A DNA stretch of 64,000 bases from an uncultured delta proteobacterium (GTDB lineage Bacteria > Desulfobacterota > Binatia > UBA9968). The translations under genes were made by a program, and so were the position numbers. This document shows positions 46,366 through 55,237 of the stretch, one piece after another. The stretch lies in NCBI GenBank assembly GCA_963771465.1, contig CAVYTU010000017.1:352001-416000 (forward strand), written 5' to 3'. Each line of letters begins with the position of its first letter. Position 1 is the stretch's first letter. Below the pieces are notes generated by a model. It had not been told where the DNA came from and searched no databases. It worked only from the letters and a program-made list of their open reading frames with translations.

Positions 46366-47718
46366 TTATAGAAAATAACCGCCCACCACCGCCTCCTTCC
46401 ATGACTTGATCACCGACGGCACGATCCCCGCAGGTAAATCCTTTTCCGGTTTCCAAAAACTATGGACGCCGGCGCCGAAGCGGGTGATGGCGATTTTCGG
46501 GGCGGGTTTCATGGCGCGAAAGCCGGGCAGGATCACTTCGTTGTAAACTTCAGGACTGTGATCGCGGCTGTCTTTCGATATCTCGAACAGGAACGGCGGC
46601 ACGGGTTTTACGTTTGGCCCTGACATTTCCCGGGTGTAGCCGACGAATCGATTGACCAGCGCTTCGGTTTCCTCTTTGTTCATTTTCATTCTTGCCGCGG
46701 TCACCCGCGCGCCTTCGGCGAGAGAGGTCGTGATCGCGTGGGTGACGAGATATTCGGCCTTGAACTGGGGCCGGTTTTTCGCGCGTTCCCAGGCGTCGAG
46801 CACATCTTCCATGAGTGCTGGCAAGCGCATCAACGCGTTGGGTCCTTCCTGGCCGAGTGACTCTGGGCCTAAGTAACGGGCAAGATCGCGCCAGGTGCGA
46901 ATGTAGAGTTCATCGAACGGATCGCTGCGCGGCTTGCCTTGCTTCTCTGGTTTTTCGTAGCCGCTGATTTTGCCGAGTTCCCCGCCCCACACCTCCCGGC
47001 CGGAGCAAAGATAGCCGAAGGGAGAATGCTCGGTGGCGCACACGCCGGCCATGTTGGGAATGCGCTGCGACAACATGCAGATGAACGGGCCGCCGGTGGA
47101 GTGGCCTTGGCCGTAGACGGAAAATTCACCGACGGGGAAGTGGCGCCGGCAGGCTTCGATCATGCCTTCTTCGAACGCCGCCGGCCAGGCGGCCATGCGA
47201 TACCAGAAAATTGTTTCCGGCTTGGCTTTCGCCAACGTACGCGTGCCGTAGCGGTTGCGCTTGGTGGGATCTTTGACGACTTCGTACTGATCCGGTGTGA
47301 TCAATTCGCCTTGTTTCCAGATCGGCGTGCGCACCGTGCCGTCGGCGTGGATCGTGTCGTCGGGCCAGTCGCGTTTGGCATCGGGAAAGTAAAATCGTCC
47401 GGGAAACGTGCCGGCGATGATCCGGCAGCCGTATTTGCTGGCGAGCAATTTGGCGTGGCGCTCGATGCCTTTGAAATCGCTCGAACCGCCGTGCAGCAAG
47501 AAAAAGCCGATCTTTTTACCGTCGGCGCCGGTGGGGATTTTACTGGCGTCCACCGGTTCGTGCACGACCATGCCCAAGTCCCAATCGAGCCCGAGCACGT
47601 TGATGCGATAAATATCTTCGCTGCTCTTGATCGCAATGTCGGGCGTGCCCAACACTTCCTCGGTGTCCTTGATGCACTGCTCGCGTGAGATAAATTGAGG
47701 TGCTTGCCATTGGCTCAT
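46366..47718 (-). CDS. hypothetical protein, possible alpha/beta-hydrolase fold
   Basis: AAGGAG RBS before ATG 47718; LLHGG, GHSTGG and GVH. Confidence 0.75.
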   Translation of the reverse strand: MSQWQAPQFISREQCIKDTEEVLGTPDIAIKSSEDIYRINVLGLDWDLGMVVHEPVDASKIPTGADGKKIGFFLLHGGSSDFKGIERHAKLLASKYGCRIIAGTFPGRFYFPDAKRDWPDDTIHADGTVRTPIWKQGELITPDQYEVVKDPTKRNRYGTRTLAKAKPETIFWYRMAAWPAAFEEGMIEACRRHFPVGEFSVYGQGHSTGGPFICMLSQRIPNMAGVCATEHSPFGYLCSGREVWGGELGKISGYEKPEKQGKPRSDPFDELYIRTWRDLARYLGPESLGQEGPNALMRLPALMEDVLDAWERAKNRPQFKAEYLVTHAITTSLAEGARVTAARMKMNKEETEALVNRFVGYTREMSGPNVKPVPPFLFEISKDSRDHSPEVYNEVILPGFRAMKPAPKIAITRFGAGVHSFWKPEKDLPAGIVPSVIKSWKEAVVGGYFL

Positions 47719-47869
47719 GATTGGCTTCTCCTTATTCTTGATTGTCGTTCCTTCGATTAACTCGCGTCGGTAGGCCAAGTCAACCGTCGGAATGGTTGGG
47801 CGACGATGCGCCGGAAAATTTGCCGCCAGGCTTTGCAATAGATGGCCCAGTGATAATAGAAGTGAGGGC

Positions 47870-48832
47870 ATGAAAGTTCTGATCACAGGCGGCATGGGCG
47901 TCAACGGCGCGGTGACGGCGCGCTTGATGGTGCGCGACGGTTTGCGGCCGGTGCTGATGGACAACCGCGTCGATCTGACTTTGACGGCTGACATCAAGGA
48001 CAAGGTCGACATCGTCACCGGCGATATCTGCGATCAAGCGGTTTTGGAAAAAGCCGTGGATGACTTCAAGGTCACGCACATCGCGCACCTAGCGGCGTTG
48101 ATGCCGGAACCAGCAGAGGCCAATCCGCGTCTTGGCGTCAAAGTCAGTCTCGACGGCACGATCAACGTGCTCGAAGTCGCGCGCGCTAAGGGCATCAAGC
48201 GCGTGGTCTACACGAGCTCGAAGGCGGTGTACGGCGAGATCAACGGCGACGAAGGGCCGCCGAATTACAAACCGGTGCGCGAAGATTATCGTAAGATTCC
48301 CGCCGATCTTTATGGCTCGATGAAAGTCGGCTGCGAGGAGCTTGGGCGCTACTATCGCGAGACTTACGGTATCGAATTCATCGCGCTGCGCTTCGTGTCG
48401 ATCTACGGTCCCGGCAAAGAGGCGCGCCACGGGCCGCTGTCTTTTTACGGCCAGTTGATCGAAAAGGCGCGCGAAGGGGCCAAGTGGGTGATCCCGCAGG
48501 GCGGCGATCAGTTGAATGACGCGGTTTACGTTGGCGACGTTGGCCGTTCGGTTTATCTGGCGCTCAAAGCACCGCCGCCGAAGCAGTGGACGTTTAACAT
48601 CGGCACCGGCAAGGCGAGCACGCCGCGAGAGTTCTTGAACGCGGCGGCGAAACTATTTCCAGAGCATCGCATCGAACTCGGACCTGGACCGAGCAAGTTG
48701 GGCCGCAGCAAGCAAAGCTATTGCATCTTCGATGTTTCGGCGGCGCAGCGCAATATCGGCTACGAGCCGGCGTATGACGTCGAGCAAGGCGTGAAGGACT
48801 ACGTGGAAACATTGGATCGGCTGGGGCGATAA
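47870..48832 (+). CDS. NAD-dependent epimerase/dehydratase (extended SDR)
   Basis: TGGMGVNG, HLAA, YGSMK and YGPG. Confidence 0.9.
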   Translation: MKVLITGGMGVNGAVTARLMVRDGLRPVLMDNRVDLTLTADIKDKVDIVTGDICDQAVLEKAVDDFKVTHIAHLAALMPEPAEANPRLGVKVSLDGTINVLEVARAKGIKRVVYTSSKAVYGEINGDEGPPNYKPVREDYRKIPADLYGSMKVGCEELGRYYRETYGIEFIALRFVSIYGPGKEARHGPLSFYGQLIEKAREGAKWVIPQGGDQLNDAVYVGDVGRSVYLALKAPPPKQWTFNIGTGKASTPREFLNAAAKLFPEHRIELGPGPSKLGRSKQSYCIFDVSAAQRNIGYEPAYDVEQGVKDYVETLDRLGR

Positions 48833-48844
48833 GAAGAAGACAAC

Positions 48845-48925
48845 TCACCACGAAGGACACGAAGAGCACGAAGTTCGGAGTTATAATTTTCCGAAACCTT
48901 CGTGTTCTTCGTGCCTTCGTGGTGA
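48845..48925. repeat. hairpin element with 3x CACGAAG (9-bp period) in each arm
   Basis: tcaccacgaaggacacgaagagcacgaagttcgga-loop-tccgaaaccttcgtgttcttcgtgccttcgtggtga. Confidence 0.85.
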
Positions 48926-48979
48926 AAAAATCAGTTTCGATAATACGGGTAAATTCGGCATTCTAAAAACGGAGGAAAT

Positions 48980-50779
48980 ATGGCAGAGGCACCGAAAGGC
49001 GGCGGAGAAATTTGGTCGGCGGGCATCGGCCGGAAGAGTAATGCCCAGTATGGTTCGGACTTGATGGTCGAAGTGCTGCGCGAGCTGGGGATTAAATATA
49101 TCGCGCTCAATCCCGGCGCGAGTTATCGCGGCCTGCACGATTCGATGGTCAACTTCGAGCCCGGCAAAGGACCGGAGATGATCATGTGCACCCATGAAGA
49201 GATCGCCGTGGCGATCGCCAACGGGTACGCGCGGGCGACCGGTGAGATCATGGCGACGGGCTTGCACAATATCGTCGGCTTACAGCACGCCAGCATGGCG
49301 ATCTTCAACGCCTGGTGCGACCGCACGCCGATCTTGAACCTCGGCGGCGGCGGGCCGCAGGATACCACCCAGCGCCGTTCCACCGATTGGGTGCACACGG
49401 CCAACGTTCAAGGTTTGGCCGTGCGCGAGTACGTCAAGTTCGACGATCAGCCGAACTCGGTGGATGCCGTCGCCGAATCATTTCTAAAAGCTTACCGCAT
49501 CGCCATGACCGATCCGAAGGGGCCGGTTTATATCTGCCTCGATAGCGACGTGCAGGAAGCCAAGATCGGCAAGCCAATGGTGGTGCCGCACGCGCAACTG
49601 TTCCGTCCGCCGTCAAGCCCTGGGGCAAATCCGGAAGCCTTGAAAACCGCAGCGCGCTTGCTCGCCGAGGCGCAGTGGCCGGCGATCGTCGCCGGCGAGT
49701 TGGGCAAAAATCCCAAGGCGCTGCCGCCGATGCTCGACTTAGCTGAAGCGTTGGGCGCGCCGGTCGTCGATGCCGACGGACGCTACGCTTTTCCGAGCAC
49801 GCATCGGTTGAATCTTACCAACGCGCGCGAGGATGCTTTGCAAAACGCCGACGTGGTGCTGGCGCTCGATGTGCCGAGCTTGGGCGTGCCGCTCGGCCCG
49901 TCGGTGCGTGAGCGCGGCACTTTTGCGCCGATCGTTTCGCCCTCCTGCAAAGTGATTCACATCACGCTGCTCGATCTCGAGCGGCAGAGCTGGGTGAGCG
50001 ATAACATGTGGCTTTTGCCGGTGCATGTGCCGATTGCGGCGGACACTGCGGTGGCGCTGCCGCCGTTGCTCGAACAAGTGCGGGAGCGTTTGGCGGCGAA
50101 CCCGAGTTCGGCAAAACTAGTGCAAGAACGGCGCGCCAAAGTCGAAGCGATCTATCAAGAGACGCGGCAGAAGAGCCAGGAGTGGATCAAGAAAACTTGG
50201 GACGAAAAACCGATCTCGCAAGCGCGCTTTTTCAGCGAGATCAATCAGCGCGTGCAGGGAAAATCCTGGGCGCTGGTTTCATCGCATGGGCGGCGCTGGC
50301 GCGAAGCCATCGAAGTCACCGAGCCGGCCCACGGCATGGGCGGCGGGCGTGGCGGAGGCGTTGGTTACGGTTTGCCTTCGTCGATCGGCTCCGCGCTGGG
50401 TTTTAAAGAAAGCGGCCGGCTGTGCGTTAGCATTCTCGGCGACGGCGATTTCTTGATGACCTCCAACGCGCTGTGGACCGCGTCGAAATATCAGATTCCT
50501 TTACTCGTGGTCGTGCTCAACAATCGCTCTTACTACAACGATGAAGAGCATCAAGAGCGCATGGCGCGGGCGCGCCAGCGGCCGGTGGAGAACAAGGGCA
50601 TCGGCATTCGCATCGAAGATCCGGCGCCCGACTTGTCGACCATCGCGCGCGCGTTTAGCGTCGATGCTTTCGGACCGATCACCGAACCGGCTGAGCTCGG
50701 CGCCGCGCTCGATAAGGCGATCGCGATCGTCGAAAGCGGCAAGCCGGCGGTGGTCGATGTGGTCACGCAACCGCGCTGA
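48980..50779 (+). CDS. thiamine pyrophosphate-binding enzyme (benzoylformate decarboxylase/ALS-like)
   Basis: NPGAS, THEE and GDGD...NN TPP motif. Confidence 0.9.
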   Translation: MAEAPKGGGEIWSAGIGRKSNAQYGSDLMVEVLRELGIKYIALNPGASYRGLHDSMVNFEPGKGPEMIMCTHEEIAVAIANGYARATGEIMATGLHNIVGLQHASMAIFNAWCDRTPILNLGGGGPQDTTQRRSTDWVHTANVQGLAVREYVKFDDQPNSVDAVAESFLKAYRIAMTDPKGPVYICLDSDVQEAKIGKPMVVPHAQLFRPPSSPGANPEALKTAARLLAEAQWPAIVAGELGKNPKALPPMLDLAEALGAPVVDADGRYAFPSTHRLNLTNAREDALQNADVVLALDVPSLGVPLGPSVRERGTFAPIVSPSCKVIHITLLDLERQSWVSDNMWLLPVHVPIAADTAVALPPLLEQVRERLAANPSSAKLVQERRAKVEAIYQETRQKSQEWIKKTWDEKPISQARFFSEINQRVQGKSWALVSSHGRRWREAIEVTEPAHGMGGGRGGGVGYGLPSSIGSALGFKESGRLCVSILGDGDFLMTSNALWTASKYQIPLLVVVLNNRSYYNDEEHQERMARARQRPVENKGIGIRIEDPAPDLSTIARAFSVDAFGPITEPAELGAALDKAIAIVESGKPAVVDVVTQPR

Positions 50780-50783
50780 ACGG

Positions 50784-51371
50784 ATGGCCATACGCGGAAT
50801 GACAAAAATAGTTTTGCTGGGAATACTTTGCGTGGCATTGGGTTGCGGAGAAAAGAAGGTTGCCATCGACACGGCGGTGGAGCGCGGTAAATACTTGGTG
50901 ACGATTACCGGCTGTCATGATTGCCATACGCCCAAGCTCGAAGGGCCGGGTGGCAAACCGGTTTTGGATGAAAAGCGATTGCTAGCCGGACATCCGGAGC
51001 AGGCACCTTATCCTTCTTGGACGCCCGACGATATGAAGCAGCGCAACGCCATGGCGCTGACGAATCCCATGCTGACCGCATGGGCCGGGCCGTGGGGCGT
51101 GAGCTTTGCGATCAATTTGACGCCGGACAAAGCAACGGGCATCGCTGAATGGAGCGAGCAAAACTTTATTCAGGCGATGCGCACCGGTAAGCATCAAGGC
51201 CAGCCCAACGGCCGCGATATTTTGCCGCCCATGCCATGGGAAGGTTTCAAGGTCATGACTGACGACGATCTCAAAGCCATGTTCGCATATCTGCGCAGCA
51301 TCGCGCCGGTGAAAAACCAAGTGCCGTTGCCGCTGCTGCAGGGCGGAGCGGCTCCCGAAGCGAAACCATAA
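50784..51371 (+). CDS. c-type cytochrome lipoprotein
   Basis: ALGC lipobox; RGKYLV..GCHDCHTP; NLTPD and PMPW. Confidence 0.85.
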   Translation: MAIRGMTKIVLLGILCVALGCGEKKVAIDTAVERGKYLVTITGCHDCHTPKLEGPGGKPVLDEKRLLAGHPEQAPYPSWTPDDMKQRNAMALTNPMLTAWAGPWGVSFAINLTPDKATGIAEWSEQNFIQAMRTGKHQGQPNGRDILPPMPWEGFKVMTDDDLKAMFAYLRSIAPVKNQVPLPLLQGGAAPEAKP

Positions 51372-51410
51372 TGACGCAAGAGGAACGATGCCAATTACGG
51401 AGGAGTAAAA

Positions 51411-51602
51411 ATGGACAAGGTCATCGAACAATACTTGAAAGCGGTGCTTGAGCGCGAAGGTTTGGAGCCGAAGCCGGGCGACCTGGAACAGTTCGGCGAA
51501 ATCATCGGGCTCTATATGGAAAGTCTCAAACAACTGCACTCGGTCAATTTAGGCGAGGAAGAGTTGGGTCCCGTGTTCCGGCCGGAGTGGACAGGGAAGT
51601 AA
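51411..51602 (+). CDS. small acidic helical protein (GatC/AtzG-like amidase partner?)
   Basis: GGAGGAG RBS; 63 aa ending in ELGPVFRP; directly upstream of an amidase. Confidence 0.7.
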   Translation: MDKVIEQYLKAVLEREGLEPKPGDLEQFGEIIGLYMESLKQLHSVNLGEEELGPVFRPEWTGK

Positions 51603-51606
51603 GGGC

Positions 51607-51641
51607 GAATTGAGAATTGACAATGGAGAATTGAAAATTGA
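51607..51641 (+). repeat. 7-bp tandem array
   Basis: gaattga gaattga caatgga gaattga aaattga. Confidence 0.8.
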
Positions 51642-51750
51642 GGGAAGCTTGTGGGAGCGGGTTGTGCTTCCATCGACTCGCAAGTTTCGTTGTTCGGGCC
51701 GATGAGCAGCTTATTGCCGATCGGTTTCTTGACCTAAGAGGAGACTCACC

Positions 51751-53136
51751 ATGGCCGTCGCCGAAAAACCGCTTTACTACTTTACGATTCATGAAGCGCA
51801 GCAACTGATTCACGATCGCAAACTTTCACCGGTGGAGTTGACCCAAGCTGTTCTCGATCGTATTGCCGCCGTCGACGGCACGCTGCACGCGTACATCAAC
51901 TTGATGTCCGACAGCGCGCTAGCCGAGGCGCGCCGCGCCGAAGCGGAGATTGCCAAAGGCAATTGGCGCGGCGCGCTGCACGGCATACCCGTCGCAGTGA
52001 AAGACCAGTTGGACGTCGCCGGGGCGCCGGCGCGCATTCGCCAATTCACTAAGGGCGTGGGCGACGCAACGCCCGTGCGCAAACTGCGCGAAGCGGGCGT
52101 CGTCTTGATGGGCAAGCTGCATATGAGCAGCCTGCCGGATGCCGACCTGCCGCTGCCGCGTAATCCATGGAACACCGAACATATCACCGGCGGATCGAGC
52201 ACAGGTTCTGGCGCCGCAGTCGCTGGCGGTTTGTGTCTTGGTGCCCTCGGCGAAGACACCGCGGGATCGATCCGCAATCCGTCGGCGTTTTGCGGCATCG
52301 CCGGCTTAAAAGCGACCTACGGTCGAGTCAGTCGGCATGGACTGGCGCCGCTCAGTTGGTCGCTGGATCACTGTGGCCCGATGGCGCGCGCGGTGGAAGA
52401 CTTGGCGCACATGCTCAATGCCATCGCCGGTTACGATGCCAACGATCCGACTTGCAGCGCCGCGCCGGTGGTCGATTACACCAGCGCGCTGCGCGACGAC
52501 GTCAAAGGCCTGACCATCGGCGTGCCGCGCGATTACATCGACGCCTGCGCGCCGCGCACGGATGCAGTGGTGCTTAAGCGCGTCGACGAAGCGATCGCCG
52601 TGCTGAAATCGTTGGGCGCTAAAGTAGCGGACGTAAAGTCGCCGACGCTTCATCTAGCAACCATTGCCAACGCGGTGATTTACTACAACGAGTTTTGGGC
52701 GGCGCACAAGAACGACGCGGCGTGGGTGCTGAAAAACGGCGCAGCGCAGCGGCGCGCGCGGATTTATCTGGGCCTGCTAACCGGCTCGGCGGATTATATT
52801 CAAGCGCAACGTATTCGCAGTCGCTGCCGCGCTGAGTTGGCGGAAGTGTTTGGCTCGGTCGACTGCCTGGCATTGCCTAATCAAGCCGGCCCCGCGCCGC
52901 GGGTCAAAGATGTCGGGCCGATCGATTCGCTTTACAAGCATGTGCGGCCCGAGTTTCACGGACCGTTTAACCTGACCGGTCTGCCGACGCTATCCGTGCC
53001 GTGCGGTTTCTCCGAAAGTAATCTGCCGATCGCATTGCAGTTGGTCGGCAAGCCTTTCGATGAAGTTACAGTACTGCGCGCGGGCTATACCTATCAGCAG
53101 CAGATGAAGTGGTACGAAAAGCGGCCGGGGATCTAA
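51751..53136 (+). CDS. amidase signature family protein
   Basis: AVKD, GGSSTGS and DTAGSIRNP (Ser-cisSer-Lys triad). Confidence 0.92.
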   Translation: MAVAEKPLYYFTIHEAQQLIHDRKLSPVELTQAVLDRIAAVDGTLHAYINLMSDSALAEARRAEAEIAKGNWRGALHGIPVAVKDQLDVAGAPARIRQFTKGVGDATPVRKLREAGVVLMGKLHMSSLPDADLPLPRNPWNTEHITGGSSTGSGAAVAGGLCLGALGEDTAGSIRNPSAFCGIAGLKATYGRVSRHGLAPLSWSLDHCGPMARAVEDLAHMLNAIAGYDANDPTCSAAPVVDYTSALRDDVKGLTIGVPRDYIDACAPRTDAVVLKRVDEAIAVLKSLGAKVADVKSPTLHLATIANAVIYYNEFWAAHKNDAAWVLKNGAAQRRARIYLGLLTGSADYIQAQRIRSRCRAELAEVFGSVDCLALPNQAGPAPRVKDVGPIDSLYKHVRPEFHGPFNLTGLPTLSVPCGFSESNLPIALQLVGKPFDEVTVLRAGYTYQQQMKWYEKRPGI

Positions 53137-53151
53137 AAAATTCTGGTGGTC

Positions 53152-53196
53152 GTTGAAAACGTTCAAGCCGTTCAAATCGTTCAAATCGTTCACGAG
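53152..53196 (+). repeat. 9-bp GTTCAA array
   Basis: gttgaaaac gttcaagcc gttcaaatc gttcaaatc gttcacgag. Confidence 0.8.
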
Positions 53197-53213
53197 GTAT
53201 AGGAGAAGATAAA

Positions 53214-53558
53214 ATGGATATTCAACGAATCAATCCGCGCGAGTGGAACTGCAATGCGGCTGTGTTTGGCGATCTGGTGTTTTGCTCCGGCATGGTTGCC
53301 GACGATAAGTCGCTCGATATGAAAGGGCAGACGGCGCAGGTGTTAAAGAAGATCGATGCGGTGTTGGCCCAGGCCGGGACGAGCAAATCGCGCATCCTAA
53401 GCGCGACGGTCTACATGCAGGATGCCAGTTTGAAGGACGCAATGAACGAATCGTGGATGGCCTGGGTTGACCGTTCGAACCTACCCACCCGGACTGCCGT
53501 TGGGGCCGACTTGACGCCGGGGACCATGGTTGAAATCACCGTCTGCGCCGCGAAGTAG
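53214..53558 (+). CDS. RidA/YjgF family protein (YoaB-like)
   Basis: AGTSKSRIL, MNESW, PTRT and VEI. Confidence 0.9.
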   Translation: MDIQRINPREWNCNAAVFGDLVFCSGMVADDKSLDMKGQTAQVLKKIDAVLAQAGTSKSRILSATVYMQDASLKDAMNESWMAWVDRSNLPTRTAVGADLTPGTMVEITVCAAK

Positions 53559-53740
53559 CAGGTCGACAGTTTCCTAAATAGCCATATTTTGCTCTAATTT
53601 ATCCTGTGGATTACTAATATCTTTGTAGGTGAAACACCGATAAGTTGGCGGCTTGACCTTTCCCTCCGATTCAAATAGATAGTGTCTCCCAATACCGTGA
53701 GTTGGCCATGGACGGCGATGACGGATATGAGTTGAGTGCG

Positions 53741-53959
53741 ATGATGGATGATCCATCCGGAACTAAGAATCTGCCAGAGAAGCTGTTGACCTTAGAACAG
53801 GTCGCGGAGTACCTAAGCGTCGATAAGTTTACGATCTATCGTCTGCTCGCGGAAAAGGGCTTGCCCGCATTTAAGGTCGGAAACCAGTGGCGCTTCAAAA
53901 GGAGGCTGTTGGAGAACTGGCTACAGAAAAACTCTAACGCCCGCAAAAAAGATTCTTAG
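53741..53959 (+). CDS. helix-turn-helix (excisionase/HTH_17) DNA-binding protein
   Basis: LLTLEQVAEYL..TIYRL..LPAFKVGNQWRF. Confidence 0.85.
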   Translation: MMDDPSGTKNLPEKLLTLEQVAEYLSVDKFTIYRLLAEKGLPAFKVGNQWRFKRRLLENWLQKNSNARKKDS

Positions 53960-54126
53960 CCAACCTATTGGCTGAGTCTACCGTAGAAAAAATCTCACAC
54001 TACTCCGCTTCCCGACAAAGCACTTCCACATTGTAACTCTCCGGATCCAAACGAATGCGCCGTAATAGCTGACGCTATAGTGAGGCCGCGCCCAGGCTCG
54101 TCGTTGTCTCCGCCTCCGGCGGTGAC

Positions 54127-55110
54127 TCAATAACCGCTCGACTGGATTCTCTGAATAAACGTCGCGTCAAGAATCGATTCCGGCTTCAGCGTCGAGAGCT
54201 TGGGATTGCTGCGAGTTAAAATCGAGTAGATCTTTTGCAGGCCTTCAGGTTTGGGCCGCAAATCACTGCTGTAAGCCGCGACCATGGCGTTGTAGCCGAT
54301 TTCTGCGTCTTCGACCCGGTTAAGCCGGAGATGTTTGGCCATTGTCTTTAGAACCTGCGGTTTGTTTTCCGGTTTTTGAAAAAACCGCAGCGAATCAATG
54401 GTTCCCTTGAGCAACGCTTCGTAGGTTCTCGCCTCCTGGTGCGCGACGTTCTTCTTGACCACCAAGGACGAACCGACGTAGGGGATTGGCACGCGGCTTA
54501 AGTCGACCAACAACGTGAAGCCTTTTTTCTTGAGCGGCGCGCTGAAGGTCGAGCCCATCCATGACGCCTGGGCGCGGCCGGTTTCGAGAGCTTGGATGCG
54601 CGAGGGCTGATCGCCAAGCACAATGAAATGGATATTGTCGCGGTCCGGATCGAGACCGAGGTAGTCCAAAGCGAGTATATTGTTGGCCCAACCGCCGCCG
54701 CCGATACTCTGGATCGCGACCAACTTGCCTTTGAGATCTTCCGGCCTCTTGAACTCGGGCCGCGCCATAAAGTCCCCCTCCGGGCGTTGGAACAGCGTGC
54801 CGATGATAACGACATCTAACCCTCCGGCGGCGAGATTCAACACGGCGTTGGAGCTGGTCAGAACCGCATTCACATCACCGGATACCAACGCCGATGCGGC
54901 GAGGGAACCAACGCGCATATAGATGGTCTCGACGTTAAGCCCGTGCTTGCGGTAAAAGCCTTGCTCAACCCCGACCCAAAGCACCGCCGGGTTTTCCCCG
55001 GACGTGCCGTTGGCGATGCGGAACGTGGTGAGCGGTTGGGCGTTGATCGTGCTCGTGAGCGTGATCGTGAAGAGAAATGCGAGGCGAATAAACTTGAACG
55101 TTGTTTTCAC
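54127..55110 (-). CDS. NMT1/THI5-like ABC solute-binding protein
   Basis: Signal peptide; GFYRKHGLNVE and DLKGK. Confidence 0.9.
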   Translation of the reverse strand: MKTTFKFIRLAFLFTITLTSTINAQPLTTFRIANGTSGENPAVLWVGVEQGFYRKHGLNVETIYMRVGSLAASALVSGDVNAVLTSSNAVLNLAAGGLDVVIIGTLFQRPEGDFMARPEFKRPEDLKGKLVAIQSIGGGGWANNILALDYLGLDPDRDNIHFIVLGDQPSRIQALETGRAQASWMGSTFSAPLKKKGFTLLVDLSRVPIPYVGSSLVVKKNVAHQEARTYEALLKGTIDSLRFFQKPENKPQVLKTMAKHLRLNRVEDAEIGYNAMVAAYSSDLRPKPEGLQKIYSILTRSNPKLSTLKPESILDATFIQRIQSSGY

Positions 55111-55184
55111 TTTATCATCTTTCGTGTCTTCTTACCTTCGCTCGGTTGAGGGAGAGGGAAGGAGGAGGGTCGATCGAAGTTAAG

Positions 55185-55234
55185 AGGGCGGGTTACAAAC
55201 CCGCCCTTGTTTTTGTGCGCTTTGCGGCTAATTC
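55185..55234. repeat. REP-like hairpin followed by an inverted GCCGCAAAG-family repeat
   Basis: agggcgggtt-aca-aacccgccct; ttttgtgcgctttgcggctaattc. Confidence 0.6.
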
Positions 55235-55237
55235 CAT

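Noticed and set aside
40098-53196. CRISPR interpretation of the short arrays
   Set aside because: Units are 7-9 bp with no unique spacers, and there are no cas genes
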